The notes beneath the pieces were generated by a model, which worked only from the letters and a program-made list of their open reading frames with translations, was not told the DNA's origin and searched no databases. Made by a program: the position numbers and the translations under genes. Of a stretch of DNA of 64,000 nucleotides, positions 21,109-31,421 are shown one piece after another; positions within the stretch are counted from its first letter, which is position 1, and each line of letters opens with the position of its first letter. Origin of the DNA: Candidatus Zixiibacteriota bacterium (lineage in GTDB: Bacteria; Zixibacteria; MSB-5A5; UBA10806; 4484-95); assembly GCA_037441845.1 (NCBI GenBank), contig JBBIRK010000004.1, forward strand, positions 261,678-325,677, in the 5' to 3' direction.

Positions 21109-21183
21109 ATGCTGCCGGCGCTGATCATAATAGCCAATATAGCGTTGACGTTTTTGCTTGTGCGCAGTGTATTCGAAAGTTGA
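21109..21183 (+). CDS. 24-aa hydrophobic small protein MLPALIIIANIALTFLLVRSVFES
   Basis: Strong SD (GAAAGGAGGG) just upstream of ATG. One TM-length hydrophobic stretch. Below the ORF-track size cut-off. Confidence 0.6.
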   Translation: MLPALIIIANIALTFLLVRSVFES

Positions 21184-21208
21184 TACGGTCGCCAGTGTTA
21201 TTCGCTTA

Positions 21209-22234
21209 TTATCTGACCGAGTCGTAGATTGCGCATCTACAGCAAGGCGCGATAGATTTATCCGATTTTCCGGCGAACATTTCCCGCGCCTCTGTAAACG
21301 ATCTTGAATTCCATGCTTTGGAAAAACCTTCATTTGCGAGATCTGCAAAATCGTCGCCGACGTCATAAACGAAACAACAGGGGGAAAGAGTCATATCCCA
21401 ATTCACGACCGGTAATTTCCACAGGTGAAAACAGCGTCGACCAAGTTGCTTTGCGGGAATTTCCAGACAGGTTTCGTTCAGGCGATAATCCTCGATCCAC
21501 CCTTCCGCCATGGTTTTGTCGGCCCCATAGCCGAACGGCAATACCATATCTATGACCCTGAATGAATCTATTTTCATTTTGCGACACAAACTGGTTAGGT
21601 ATCCGGCCTCCTCGGCGTTCCGTCGATGCTTCACGAATATCAATTCGAGAATGGGCCGACGTCGCCCGAGTCTTTTTTTCGCCTCGACCAATTTCGCCAA
21701 GTTTTCGACCACGCGCTCGAAAGATCCTCCAACCCGATAAAGAGAATAGGTGCCGGACTGAATTCCATCGCACGAAATAAGCAGCCTGTCCAAACCGCAT
21801 GATACCAGCTTTTCAGCCTTTGGAGTATCGATCTCGACGTTCAGATTGCTGCTGGTGGATACGACTAATCCAGCCGCTTTCGCCAGGGCGCAATATCGAG
21901 TGAAATTCGGCAGTCTCAACGGCTCGCCCCAGTTATACAGGTGCACGGCAAGAACCTTGTCTTTCAATTGGCTGATCAGATCGGAAAAGTGCTGAATATT
22001 CATATTCCCCTTGCGACGATCGGCTATTTTCATTCCGGTCGGGCATACCGGGCAATGCAAATTGCAGGTGTTGGTAAGATCTATAATCACCTGCGGCGGG
22101 AAAGAACGTAATCGGCTCCGACCGATCCTATACTCCCAGGCATTTTGCAGGAAATTGACGATCTTGACGATCGTAAGTGTCTCAAAAAATGATACCGAAT
22201 ATATCAATCTTGCCCAAAAACGTGATAACAGCAT
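21209..22234 (-). CDS. radical SAM/SPASM-twitch protein
   Basis: CNLHCPVC, YNWGEP, C-terminal C...PCC...CCRC. Confidence 0.88.
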   Translation of the reverse strand: MLLSRFWARLIYSVSFFETLTIVKIVNFLQNAWEYRIGRSRLRSFPPQVIIDLTNTCNLHCPVCPTGMKIADRRKGNMNIQHFSDLISQLKDKVLAVHLYNWGEPLRLPNFTRYCALAKAAGLVVSTSSNLNVEIDTPKAEKLVSCGLDRLLISCDGIQSGTYSLYRVGGSFERVVENLAKLVEAKKRLGRRRPILELIFVKHRRNAEEAGYLTSLCRKMKIDSFRVIDMVLPFGYGADKTMAEGWIEDYRLNETCLEIPAKQLGRRCFHLWKLPVVNWDMTLSPCCFVYDVGDDFADLANEGFSKAWNSRSFTEAREMFAGKSDKSIAPCCRCAIYDSVR

Positions 22235-22268
22235 GATTATATCGGAATTCGAACTCGATCAGGAAAAT

Positions 22269-22301
22269 TAAAACGCCCCGACCTTTTCGGAAGTCGGGGC
22301 G
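22269..22301 (-). terminator. hairpin/terminator after ACAD, upstream of the radical SAM gene
   Basis: CGCCCCGAC-loop-GTCGGGGCG with an A-run on its left. Confidence 0.6.
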
Positions 22302-22316
22302 CTGCCGAACAATTTA

Positions 22317-23504
22317 TTACTTCAACAATTGTCCTGAAATGACCAACCTTTGTATTTCCGAGGTCCCTTCGTAGATTTCGGTTACTCGCTGGTCGCGATA
22401 CAATTTTTCGATAATGGAAAATTCTCCTATGTAGCCGTAACCACCGTGAATCTGCATGGCTCGATCGACACAGAAATTGGCGGTCTCCGTGGCGTACAGC
22501 TTGGCTTGGGCGCATTCGAGCGAAAATTTTTCGCCGCGATCCTGCATCTGCGCCGCCTTGTAAGCAAGCAATCTGGCCGCCTCCAACCGGCACGACATAT
22601 CGGCCAACATCCACTGAATCGCCTGATATTTGGCGATCGGTGAGCCGAAACAGATTCTTTTCTTGGCATAGGCGATAGATTCATCGAGGGCGCGTTGGGC
22701 GATTCCCACTCCCTGGGCGGCTACTCCTATACGGGCTCCATCCAAGGTATTCATCGCGATTCTGAATCCCTTGCCGGGTTCGCCCAGAAGATTTTCCTTA
22801 GGCACTTTGAGATTTTCGAACCAGATACGGCCGGTGGTGGCGGCCCTCATTCCCATCTTTTTCTTCAGCGTCTTGACTTTGATTCCGGGCACGAGCTGGC
22901 CGTTCTGCCGGGCTTCAACAATAATAGCCGACACCTTGTGCGCCGCCTTAACAGCCTGATCGTCCGAATCGTTGTCTTTGATTCTAAGGAAAAGCACGAA
23001 TAGATCGGCCACGTCCCCGTGCATAATAAAAATCTTTTCTCCGTTGATTACATAATGGTCGCCCTGAAGCTGTGCGGTCGTCTGCTGATTGGCGGCATCG
23101 GAACCGGCCTGAGGTTCGGTCAGCATGAATGCCGGGATCAATTCTCCCGAGGCGCACTTGGGAACATATTTCTTCTTTTGCTGATCGCTTCCGAAATAGA
23201 TGATGGGATAGGTCGCCAATTCGCCCACCGCGCAAAGCAAACACACGGCGGGATCGTAATAGCAAAGTTCTTCGATCAGAGTGATATATTCGAGGTTCGA
23301 TCTGCCTTGTCCGCCCAGTTCTTTGGGCATATTGAATCCAATGAAGCCGGCTTTGCCCAGTTGCTTGTAAATATCGTAAGCGAATCTGTCAGGATCGTCC
23401 CGGTGATCGAGTTCCCTGCTTACCGGCTCGATATATTTTTTGGCGAACTCGGCCGCCAATTGACGGACTTCCTCTTGACGAGGATCGACGTTAAATCTGT
23501 TCAT
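22317..23504 (-). CDS. acyl-CoA dehydrogenase
   Basis: LTEPQAGSDA, QIHGGYGY, EIYEGTSEIQR. Confidence 0.95.
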   Translation of the reverse strand: MNRFNVDPRQEEVRQLAAEFAKKYIEPVSRELDHRDDPDRFAYDIYKQLGKAGFIGFNMPKELGGQGRSNLEYITLIEELCYYDPAVCLLCAVGELATYPIIYFGSDQQKKKYVPKCASGELIPAFMLTEPQAGSDAANQQTTAQLQGDHYVINGEKIFIMHGDVADLFVLFLRIKDNDSDDQAVKAAHKVSAIIVEARQNGQLVPGIKVKTLKKKMGMRAATTGRIWFENLKVPKENLLGEPGKGFRIAMNTLDGARIGVAAQGVGIAQRALDESIAYAKKRICFGSPIAKYQAIQWMLADMSCRLEAARLLAYKAAQMQDRGEKFSLECAQAKLYATETANFCVDRAMQIHGGYGYIGEFSIIEKLYRDQRVTEIYEGTSEIQRLVISGQLLK

Positions 23505-23519
23505 TCTCGCTCCTTGGAA

Positions 23520-23933
23520 TTATAGTAACTTCTCTTCTTTCTCTTTCAGCGCCGATTTCAAATATCTGATTATATCCTCCGTGCTTGCTCCCGGTGTGAA
23601 AATTTCTCCGAAACCAAGCTGTTTGAGCTTTTCGGCATCCGATTCCGCGATGATACCTCCACCGAACACCAAAATATCGCCGGCACCCTCTTTTCTCAAT
23701 CCTTCCAGCACTGCGGGGAAAAGAGTCATATGCGCGCCGGATAATACGGACAACCCGACGGCATCGACGTCTTCCTGAATGGCCGCGGCCACCACTTGCT
23801 CGGGCGTCTGGCGCAAGCCGGTGTAGATCACTTCAAATCCGGCATCGCGCAATGCCGCCGCCACGACCTTGATTCCGCGATCATGACCGTCGAGCCCGGG
23901 TTTTGCCAGAAGAATTCTCCATTTTTTTGCCAT
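23520..23933 (-). CDS. methylmalonyl-CoA mutase small (B12-binding) subunit
   Basis: [10 protein letters not shown] (DxHxxG), [17 protein letters not shown] at 23933 after GAGG. Confidence 0.93.
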   Translation of the reverse strand: MAKKWRILLAKPGLDGHDRGIKVVAAALRDAGFEVIYTGLRQTPEQVVAAAIQEDVDAVGLSVLSGAHMTLFPAVLEGLRKEGAGDILVFGGGIIAESDAEKLKQLGFGEIFTPGASTEDIIRYLKSALKEKEEKLL

Positions 23934-24147
23934 ATCAGCCTCTTTGAAAAGCCTCAATTGAAAACCGTATTTATCCCGCCTAATTTCAAAGCACTTCCGA
24001 AACGGTTTAATTATAATTAAACCGCCCATCATTTGCAACAATGATTAACCAAAGTCCAATACGATCGTTAAGTTGCCTTGGAGAGTGTACTGCCGAATAA
24101 TCCAGCCGATAAAAATAAATGATGAAATCGATTGCCAGAGAATCCCG

Positions 24148-25068
24148 ATGAACGCCAGCAGCAGCATCACCGTATTCCAGGTCGATACCTTCGCGGTCCA
24201 GCCGTTCACCGGCAATCCAGCCGCAGTCTGCCTGACCGAGCAGCCACTGGATGATTCACTGATGCAAAGCATCGCGATGGAACTTAACGTTTCCGAGACG
24301 GCATTCATCAAGCCACTCGCGGCTCCCTCCATTCAGGAATGCCATAAATTCAAGGCGCGCTGGTTCAGCCCTGAACGAGAGCTGAATAATGCCGGTCATT
24401 CGGCCATAGCCTGCGCTTGTGTTTTGAAATCGATTTACGGTTCGTTAAGCGCTTGTTTAATCCTCGAAGGCGCAAAGGAGAGATGCAGAGTCCATATCGG
24501 CCTGAATTGTTATCAAATATCGTATCCAGCGGCGGAACCCAGGCCGTTTCGTTTGCCGGAAATCTTTTTCAACGCTCTAAGACTCGATAGAGATCGTCTG
24601 GTCGATGATTTCAAAGAGGCCTGTATCTGTGAGAAATCGCGGATGCTGCTATTGCGTTTCGGTTCCGTGGAGGTCATCCGGAAAATCCAGCCGGATTTCG
24701 GAGATTTGCGCCATGCCCAAGAATCTTTCGGTTTGGATTCGTTGATCGTTACTGCCTGCGATGGCCGCCAGTACGACTTTATCTCCCGCACTTTCGCCCC
24801 GATCCTCGGGATATCGGAGGACCCGGCGTCGGCACAATCGCACAGGATTCTGGTCCCATACTGGAACGCGCTTCTCAATAAAAACCGTTTTTTCGCTTAT
24901 CAAGCATCCCGCCGAGGCGGTGAATTAGCCGTAGAATTGAGGAAAGGCACAGCAATTAAACCTGACAGAGTGGCGATTTCAGGCAAAGCCATTATAACTC
25001 TTGAGGCAACTATCGATCTCGATACATATAACAAGAATTACGCGGAAAATGCTTCCGCATGCCGTTAA
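24148..25068 (+). CDS. PhzF/DAP-epimerase-fold protein
   Basis: QVDTF..PFTGNPAAV, SETAF, SRTFAP..GISEDP, QASRRGG. Confidence 0.88.
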   Translation: MNASSSITVFQVDTFAVQPFTGNPAAVCLTEQPLDDSLMQSIAMELNVSETAFIKPLAAPSIQECHKFKARWFSPERELNNAGHSAIACACVLKSIYGSLSACLILEGAKERCRVHIGLNCYQISYPAAEPRPFRLPEIFFNALRLDRDRLVDDFKEACICEKSRMLLLRFGSVEVIRKIQPDFGDLRHAQESFGLDSLIVTACDGRQYDFISRTFAPILGISEDPASAQSHRILVPYWNALLNKNRFFAYQASRRGGELAVELRKGTAIKPDRVAISGKAIITLEATIDLDTYNKNYAENASACR

Positions 25069-25100
25069 GAAGACGCAAAATTATAGCTGTAAAGATAATA

Positions 25101-26351
25101 TCAACGCCTGCTGGAATATAGCGGAAATCGTTCACATAATGCTTTAACTTCCGCCTTGACCTCTTCTATAACTTGCGGATTATCAAGATTGGCGATGACT
25201 CTGGTGATGAATTCGGCTATACGACGCATTTCTTGAGGCCCCATGCCTCTGGTGGTTACCGCCGGGGTTCCGATTCTGATACCGGATGTTATAAACGGCT
25301 TTTGGGGATCGAAAGGCACGGCATTTTTATTTACAGTAATATTGGCCTTTTCCAACGCCGCCTCGACATCCTTGCCGGTGAGGCCCTTTTCGATAAAGCT
25401 GATCAGCATCAGATGATTGTCCGTCCCGCCGCTTACCAGGTGAAAGCCGTTCTTTACCAGAGTATCCGCCAATACCTTCGCATTTTCCACTATTCTTTGT
25501 TGGTACTGTTTGAACTCCGGCTGCAGCGCTTCTTTGAAAGCCACGGCTTTGGCGGCGATAACGTGCATCAAGGGTCCTCCTTGAATGCCTGGCATCACCT
25601 CTCGATCCAAGTCTTTGGCGAATTCCTTTCTGCACATTATGAGTCCGCCGCGCGGCCCTCTTAAAGTTTTATGGGTGGTGCTGGTCACGAATTCGGCGAA
25701 TGGGATAGGGGAGGGATGCAAACCGGCGGCCACCAGTCCGGCTATGTGGGCGATATCGACCATCAGATAGGCGCCGGCGACATCGGCGGCTTTGCGGAAT
25801 TTCTCGAAATCGATGATCCGCGGATAAGCGGAGGCTCCGGCAACGATCAGTTTCGGTTTGGCGGTGCGGGCGATTTCCATCAACTCATCGTAGTCGATCG
25901 TCTCGGTGGCTTTGCTGACATTATATTGAATTACGTTATACAATTTTCCCGAGAAATTAACCGGATGGCCATGAGTCAGATGACCGCCGTGAGACAGATT
26001 CATGCCCAGAATCGTATCGCCTGGTTTCAGCACGGTCATATAAACACCCATGTTCGCCTGAGACCCCGAATGCGGCTGCACGTTGGCATGCTCGCAGCCG
26101 AAAAGAGCCTTACAACGCTCCTGAGCGAGGATTTCGGCCTCATCCACGTAGGTGCATCCGCCGTAATAGCGTTTCTTAGGATAACCCTCGGCATATTTGT
26201 TCGTCATCACCGAACCGAGCGCCTCGAGGACGGCTTCGCTGACAAAATTCTCCGAGGCGATCAATTCCAGCCCTTCATGTTGGCGTCGGGCTTCATTTTT
26301 CAGTGCGCTATAGATTTCCGGATCGAAAGTTTGCAAATTGGACATGATCAC
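25101..26351 (-). CDS. glyA: serine hydroxymethyltransferase
   Basis: [24 protein letters not shown]. Confidence 0.98.
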   Translation of the reverse strand: MIMSNLQTFDPEIYSALKNEARRQHEGLELIASENFVSEAVLEALGSVMTNKYAEGYPKKRYYGGCTYVDEAEILAQERCKALFGCEHANVQPHSGSQANMGVYMTVLKPGDTILGMNLSHGGHLTHGHPVNFSGKLYNVIQYNVSKATETIDYDELMEIARTAKPKLIVAGASAYPRIIDFEKFRKAADVAGAYLMVDIAHIAGLVAAGLHPSPIPFAEFVTSTTHKTLRGPRGGLIMCRKEFAKDLDREVMPGIQGGPLMHVIAAKAVAFKEALQPEFKQYQQRIVENAKVLADTLVKNGFHLVSGGTDNHLMLISFIEKGLTGKDVEAALEKANITVNKNAVPFDPQKPFITSGIRIGTPAVTTRGMGPQEMRRIAEFITRVIANLDNPQVIEEVKAEVKALCERFPLYSSRR

Positions 26352-26794
26352 CTACCTTGTTCAAAATCGCTTATTTTCCCGATTCGCCTTTCGTGTCGGT
26401 CGCCATCGAATCGAGTTTCGAGGAATCTATCGATGATCTCCGGAATCGATTCTTCGGGAGTGAACATGGCCGACATCACCAGGACATTGGCGTCATTGTG
26501 AGCCCTGGCGAGACGAGCCATCTCGGGGTTCAGCGCAAGCCCGGCACGGATACCCTTGACTTTGTTGGCCGCAATCGCCATGCCGTTGCCCGTACCGCAG
26601 ACCAGTATCGCGAATTGGGCGTCTCCATCGGCCACCGAGCGCGCCGCCTTGATACCATAATCAGGATAGTCCGAACTTATCTCCGCGGAATCAGCGCCGA
26701 CATCTTCGATTTCGATATTTCTGGTCATTAGGAATTTTTTTATCTTTTCCTTATAGGCGAATCCACGGTGGTCGGCAGCCAGCGAAATCTTCAT
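26348..26794 (-). CDS. rpiB: ribose-5-phosphate isomerase B
   Basis: [29 protein letters not shown]. Confidence 0.96.
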   Translation of the reverse strand: MKISLAADHRGFAYKEKIKKFLMTRNIEIEDVGADSAEISSDYPDYGIKAARSVADGDAQFAILVCGTGNGMAIAANKVKGIRAGLALNPEMARLARAHNDANVLVMSAMFTPEESIPEIIDRFLETRFDGDRHERRIGKISDFEQGR

Positions 26795-27714
26795 TTTACT
26801 ATCGTGAGCCAGTTATATTTATCGGTGTAACCGTCGGCGAAAATCCCGAAAAACGCCTTTTGCAGTTTCTCGGTTATCGGCCCACATTTCCCATCGCCTA
26901 TGACAATCCCATCTATCGAGGAAATAGGAGTGATTTCTGCCGCCGATCCGGTGAAAAACACCTCGTCGGCTATATAGAGCGCTTCGCGGGGGATGCTCTC
27001 CTCGATTACTTTAATACCCATGTCCGTTGCCAATCTGATAACCGTATTTCGCGTGATGCCGGGCAAAATGGAACAGCCGAAAGGCGGCGTGATCAGCGCT
27101 CCGTCCCTTACGATGAAGATGTTTTCGCCGGAACCCTCCGAGACGTGGCCAAATACGTCGAGAGCGATCCCCTCGACATAGCCGTGGTTTTTCGCCTCGA
27201 GACGTATCAGCTGCGAATTCATATAGTTGGCGGATGCTTTGGCCATATCAGGCATGGTTCCGGGCGCGTTGCGTCTCCAGGAACTGACGCAGACCGCCAC
27301 TCCTTTTTCGAGTGCCTCAGGACCGAGATACTTACCCCAGGGCCAGGCGGCTATCGCAACATCGATCGGAACTCCGGTCGGATCCACGCCGAGATGATCG
27401 TAACCGCGATATACCACCGGCCGGATATAGCATTCTTCGAGCTTGTTTATCTTGACCAAATCGATATGAGCCTGCCAAATGACTTCTTTGGGAAAAGGGA
27501 TTTCCATACGGTATATTTTGCAGGAGTTGTAAAGCCTGTCGATATGTTCTTTCAGACGGAAAATCGCCGGGCCCTGTTTGGTTTTATAGCAACGTTCTCC
27601 CTCGAAAATGGCTGACCCGTAGTGAACGACATGCGATAACACATGAATTTTGGCGTCATCCCATTTGACGAATTTGCCATTCATCCAAATCATCTCGGTC
27701 TTATTGAATGCCAT
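26791..27714 (-). CDS. ilvE: branched-chain amino acid aminotransferase
   Basis: HYGSAIFEG, AKASANY, EGSGENIF, LPGITR, TGSAAE. Confidence 0.96.
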   Translation of the reverse strand: MAFNKTEMIWMNGKFVKWDDAKIHVLSHVVHYGSAIFEGERCYKTKQGPAIFRLKEHIDRLYNSCKIYRMEIPFPKEVIWQAHIDLVKINKLEECYIRPVVYRGYDHLGVDPTGVPIDVAIAAWPWGKYLGPEALEKGVAVCVSSWRRNAPGTMPDMAKASANYMNSQLIRLEAKNHGYVEGIALDVFGHVSEGSGENIFIVRDGALITPPFGCSILPGITRNTVIRLATDMGIKVIEESIPREALYIADEVFFTGSAAEITPISSIDGIVIGDGKCGPITEKLQKAFFGIFADGYTDKYNWLTIVK

Positions 27715-27872
27715 CGTTCCTCCCTGACACTAAGTCTGCAATTATCGGCGCAAATATAATAGCGGGATGAGGATATTGGCAACCAAAATCAAGATTCGCT
27801 GAGAGCCGTGGCAAACGCAGTCCTTGCCGATATTTCTTGATATTCAAAAGCGTTGCGTGATATTTTAAGCCG

Positions 27873-28685
27873 ATGAAACGATTAAGATTATTAGACGCAG
27901 TCCCCGGACATATCGGCGGACCTGCTGGATATTTTTTCGTAATTGTGTTGACCATCGCGCTTGCGCTTGTCAATGGATGCGGCCCGAAACCGCCTAACGC
28001 GATGACTGTAACCAAGGATTATCAAGCTGGGAGAGCCAAAATGGAAAAGGGGGATTTCGAAGGAGCGCTCAAAGCGTTCAAAAAATCGCTTAAAAATAAT
28101 CCGGACCATGCTCCTTCGTTGAAATCCGCCGCCGTTTGTTTCATGAATATCGGTCAGCCCGACAGCGCAATCGTATATTTCGAGGGCGCGATCGTGAACA
28201 ATCCTGCCGATAATGAGCCATACGTGATGATCGGCGATATTCACTATGAACTTTTCGACTTTCATGAAGCCATGACCTATTATGACAGGGCGTTGGAAAT
28301 CGGGCCTATTCCGGCCGAAGCTTTTGAACGGCTGGGCAATATTTATTATCGATGGCGGGAATTCGGCCGCGCTCGCGAATATTACTCGCAGGCCGTGGCT
28401 GCCGATTCCGCCGCCGGTAGAGCGGAATATATGCTGGGTTTGATCTCGATGGCGGAAAAGGATACTCTTTCTGCTATGCAGCGATTCGAGCGCGCTTTCG
28501 CTCGCGGAATAACCACCGCCGCTTATTATATGGGGCTTGTTCAATTCAACCGGGGTGCTCTTTCCGAATCGGAAAAGTGGCTTCAGAGATACTTGGACCG
28601 GGAGCCGGCAGGCGATTTGGCTGAAAAGGCAAGAGGAGTACTGACCGAAATCAAGAAAAATCCGCCTATCGAGCCTTTGCGGTAA
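27873..28685 (+). CDS. TPR-repeat lipoprotein
   Basis: Hydrophobic signal with LVNG-C lipobox-like site and tandem TPR-like helices. Confidence 0.8.
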   Translation: MKRLRLLDAVPGHIGGPAGYFFVIVLTIALALVNGCGPKPPNAMTVTKDYQAGRAKMEKGDFEGALKAFKKSLKNNPDHAPSLKSAAVCFMNIGQPDSAIVYFEGAIVNNPADNEPYVMIGDIHYELFDFHEAMTYYDRALEIGPIPAEAFERLGNIYYRWREFGRAREYYSQAVAADSAAGRAEYMLGLISMAEKDTLSAMQRFERAFARGITTAAYYMGLVQFNRGALSESEKWLQRYLDREPAGDLAEKARGVLTEIKKNPPIEPLR

Positions 28686-28925
28686 TCAGAGAATAAATCC
28701 GGGCGATTGCGATCCAAACTCCCCTTGACATGATCGCTGATGGATTGCATCTTCATGTCAATATGAGGGGAATAAACGGGACCAGTGACAGAAAAGATAG
28801 TATTGTCCGCAGGCAGCAGTTGCAGGTTTCCCGGTAAATTACGTAGTGACGATTACGTTTTTTCCCATAGTGTAAGATGGTTTTTTTGACAATACCACAG
28901 GATTACTTTCTAAGGAGGTTTTAAT

Positions 28926-30110
28926 ATGCCTGAACAGGCCGTCATTTTATCAGCCTGCCGCACTGCTATAGGAACGTTCCTGGGAGGCTTATCGACGCTG
29001 AGTGCGCCGCAGCTCGGAGCGGTCGTTTTAAAGGAAGCGATAAGGCGTGCCGATATCGACGTCAATGATATCGACGAGGTTATTATGGGGCAGGTTGTTC
29101 AGGCCGGTTCGGGGCAGGCGCCCGCCAGACAGGCCGCTATCCATGGCGGCGTGCCGGCCAGAGTCCCCGCGGTAACAATAAATAAGGTATGCGGATCCGG
29201 ATTGAAAGCGGTTATGATGGCGGCGCAGGCGATAAAAGCCGGCGACGGCAGGCTTTTCATAGCCGGTGGAATGGAATCCATGTCCAATTGCCCATACATT
29301 TTGCCGGGCGCAAGAACCGGCTTCAAATTCGGAGACAGGAAAATAGTCGACTTGATGATTTATGACGGCCTCTGGGACAGTTTCAACGATTACCACATGG
29401 GCAATGCCGCCGAATTTACCGCAAAAAAGTCGAATATCAGTCGAGACGAGCAAGATGAGTATGCCTTGAGCTCCCAGCTCAAAGCCGCCAAAGCCATCGC
29501 CGAGGGCAAATTCAAAGAAGAGATCACTCCGGTGATGGTTCCTCAGGCAAAAGGCGAGCCGGTATCGTTCGTCGTCGATCAGGGTCCGCGGGCTGATACG
29601 ACGATCGAAAAACTTGCGAAATTGAAACCGGCATTCGCGAAAGATGGAACGGTAACGGCCGGAAATGCCCCCGGATTGAACGATGGGGCATCGGCACTGG
29701 TGGTTTGCTCGGAATCATACGCCAAAGAAAACAACAAGCAAATTTTGGCGAAAATCACCGGATATTCATCCAGCGCGCTCGAACCCAATATGCTGTTTTA
29801 TGCCCCGATCGAGGCGGTCAGGAACCTGAATAACAAGCTTGGCGTCGATATGAATTACTGGGACCTCATCGAGGTCAACGAGGCATTCGCAGTTCAAGTT
29901 CTTGCCGACGGCAAAGAACTTGGCTGGGATTGGTCCAAGGTAAATGTCCACGGGGGCTCGATTGCCCTCGGTCACCCAATAGGGGCCTCGGGAGCAAGAA
30001 TATTGACCACTTTGATCTACGCTTTGAAAGACAGAGGGCTGAGGAAAGGACTGGCGACGTTATGCCTCGGCGGCGGAGGAGCGGTTGCTCTGTCGCTTGA
30101 GCTTGTCTGA
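28926..30110 (+). CDS. acetyl-CoA acetyltransferase (thiolase)
   Basis: NKVCGSG, NEAFA, GHPIGASG, CLGGG. SD TAAGGAGG. Confidence 0.97.
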   Translation: MPEQAVILSACRTAIGTFLGGLSTLSAPQLGAVVLKEAIRRADIDVNDIDEVIMGQVVQAGSGQAPARQAAIHGGVPARVPAVTINKVCGSGLKAVMMAAQAIKAGDGRLFIAGGMESMSNCPYILPGARTGFKFGDRKIVDLMIYDGLWDSFNDYHMGNAAEFTAKKSNISRDEQDEYALSSQLKAAKAIAEGKFKEEITPVMVPQAKGEPVSFVVDQGPRADTTIEKLAKLKPAFAKDGTVTAGNAPGLNDGASALVVCSESYAKENNKQILAKITGYSSSALEPNMLFYAPIEAVRNLNNKLGVDMNYWDLIEVNEAFAVQVLADGKELGWDWSKVNVHGGSIALGHPIGASGARILTTLIYALKDRGLRKGLATLCLGGGGAVALSLELV

Positions 30111-30127
30111 GTTATGTTTCTGATTAT

Positions 30128-30157
30128 AAACGGTCCCTGTGCTCGGGACCGTTTTTT
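30128..30157 (+). terminator. intrinsic terminator (possibly bidirectional)
   Basis: AAACGGTCCC-tgtgctc-GGGACCGTTT followed by T's. Confidence 0.85.
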
Positions 30158-30438
30158 CATTTGATTTGCTTGAATGGAACCAACATGCCGACCCATTCAG
30201 GCATTTCCAACGTAACGATCAATTTCTGACAGCCTTCATTGGTGCATCTGCTTTTGCGCACCTGCACTATGGGTTTTTTTTGCTTTTCTAATGGTTCAAG
30301 ATAAGCAATGAACGGGGCGTCACCGGGGAACTGCTCCACATGCAAAAATCTTGTGGGACGATCGCAGTGCGGGCAAATCCCATCATAACCCGGCCGTGGT
30401 ATCTTGGCATTGATTTTTTGCGCAATTGCTTGTTTCAT
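30157..30438 (-). CDS. 93-aa hypothetical protein, putative Zn-ribbon
   Basis: SD AAAGGAGG. CPHC and CTNEGC motifs. Confidence 0.7.
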   Translation of the reverse strand: MKQAIAQKINAKIPRPGYDGICPHCDRPTRFLHVEQFPGDAPFIAYLEPLEKQKKPIVQVRKSRCTNEGCQKLIVTLEMPEWVGMLVPFKQIK

Positions 30439-30633
30439 TTCACATCCTCCTTTACTGCTTCATGAAAAATCGGCAGAATTCGCATTTTCATTAGCTAAAG
30501 TCGGCGACAAATTGCATTCCGTCGAAGCCCTGATGTTCCCGGTGTATTCAGGACTTGTGATAGAATTATACGAGATTAAAAATTATTCAGGAAATCATTA
30601 CGCCTGATAAGAATGAATCCGGTTCAAATGAAA

Positions 30634-30706
30634 AGCCGGGGAGGGGATTCGAACCCACGACCTGCTGATTACGAATCAGCTGCTCTACCAGCTGAGCTAC
30701 CCCGGC
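30634..30706 (-). tRNA. tRNA-Thr(CGT)
   Basis: Reverse complement GCCGGGGTAGCTCAGCTGGTAGAGCAGCTGATT-CGT-AATCAGC...GTTCGAATC. CCA not encoded. Confidence 0.97.
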
Positions 30707-30870
30707 ATCATTCTTAATCGTTATCGACGAAATCATCGCCGATTTCAAGGGCTTAATGATTATTACTAACAAGCAATCTGTCAAGTGTTTTCGGGATAGC
30801 AGTCATTACGGAAAAATCCCGTTCGATCTTTCGGCTGTTCGAACTTCGGAATCCCGCGGCGGCAAAATGA

Positions 30871-31395
30871 CTATGATTTCATTCCCCTTTTGATTTCTTC
30901 AATCGTCTTGCCTACTCGGATCAAATAGTAGAGCACTACCGGAAGGAAGGCGATCGACAATCCCATAATGACCCAAAATTGCGATTTATCCACGCGTTGC
31001 TTTCTGGCTCCTTCGATGATCATGAACTGGATGAAAAAGAACAATAGATTCACCAGCAAGGCTATAACAATCATCATTTTCGAAAGCAAAGCATGGATCG
31101 GCTTTTTCTTTTCGATAGGCCAGTTCTTTATCTGCTCCTTCTGGGGGAAATTGTATATCCCAGGGAATTTCGTCAGGACGAGCATTCCGCTTACGATCAA
31201 CGTTCCGAGCAGCGGCAGGAAAAAAAACGTGTAAAATGTCTTGTCGCTCCAATTGTCGGGCATGCCGTCCCAGGTAAAATGCACCGGAATCCTCTGGGGA
31301 AGATTACCGTAAGCATATATCGAAACCATCCAGGTCGCCGCAAGCAAGGCGATATTCAGCCAGAACCATGTCTTTTTGTTTTCATCCATTTGCAA
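30871..31395 (-). CDS. DUF1648/SdpI-like membrane protein
   Basis: LPQRIPVHFTWDGMPDNW motif and four TM segments. Confidence 0.82.
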   Translation of the reverse strand: MQMDENKKTWFWLNIALLAATWMVSIYAYGNLPQRIPVHFTWDGMPDNWSDKTFYTFFFLPLLGTLIVSGMLVLTKFPGIYNFPQKEQIKNWPIEKKKPIHALLSKMMIVIALLVNLLFFFIQFMIIEGARKQRVDKSQFWVIMGLSIAFLPVVLYYLIRVGKTIEEIKRGMKS

Positions 31396-31421
31396 TCGTC
31401 ATCAGCCTTCGGCGCAACCGG

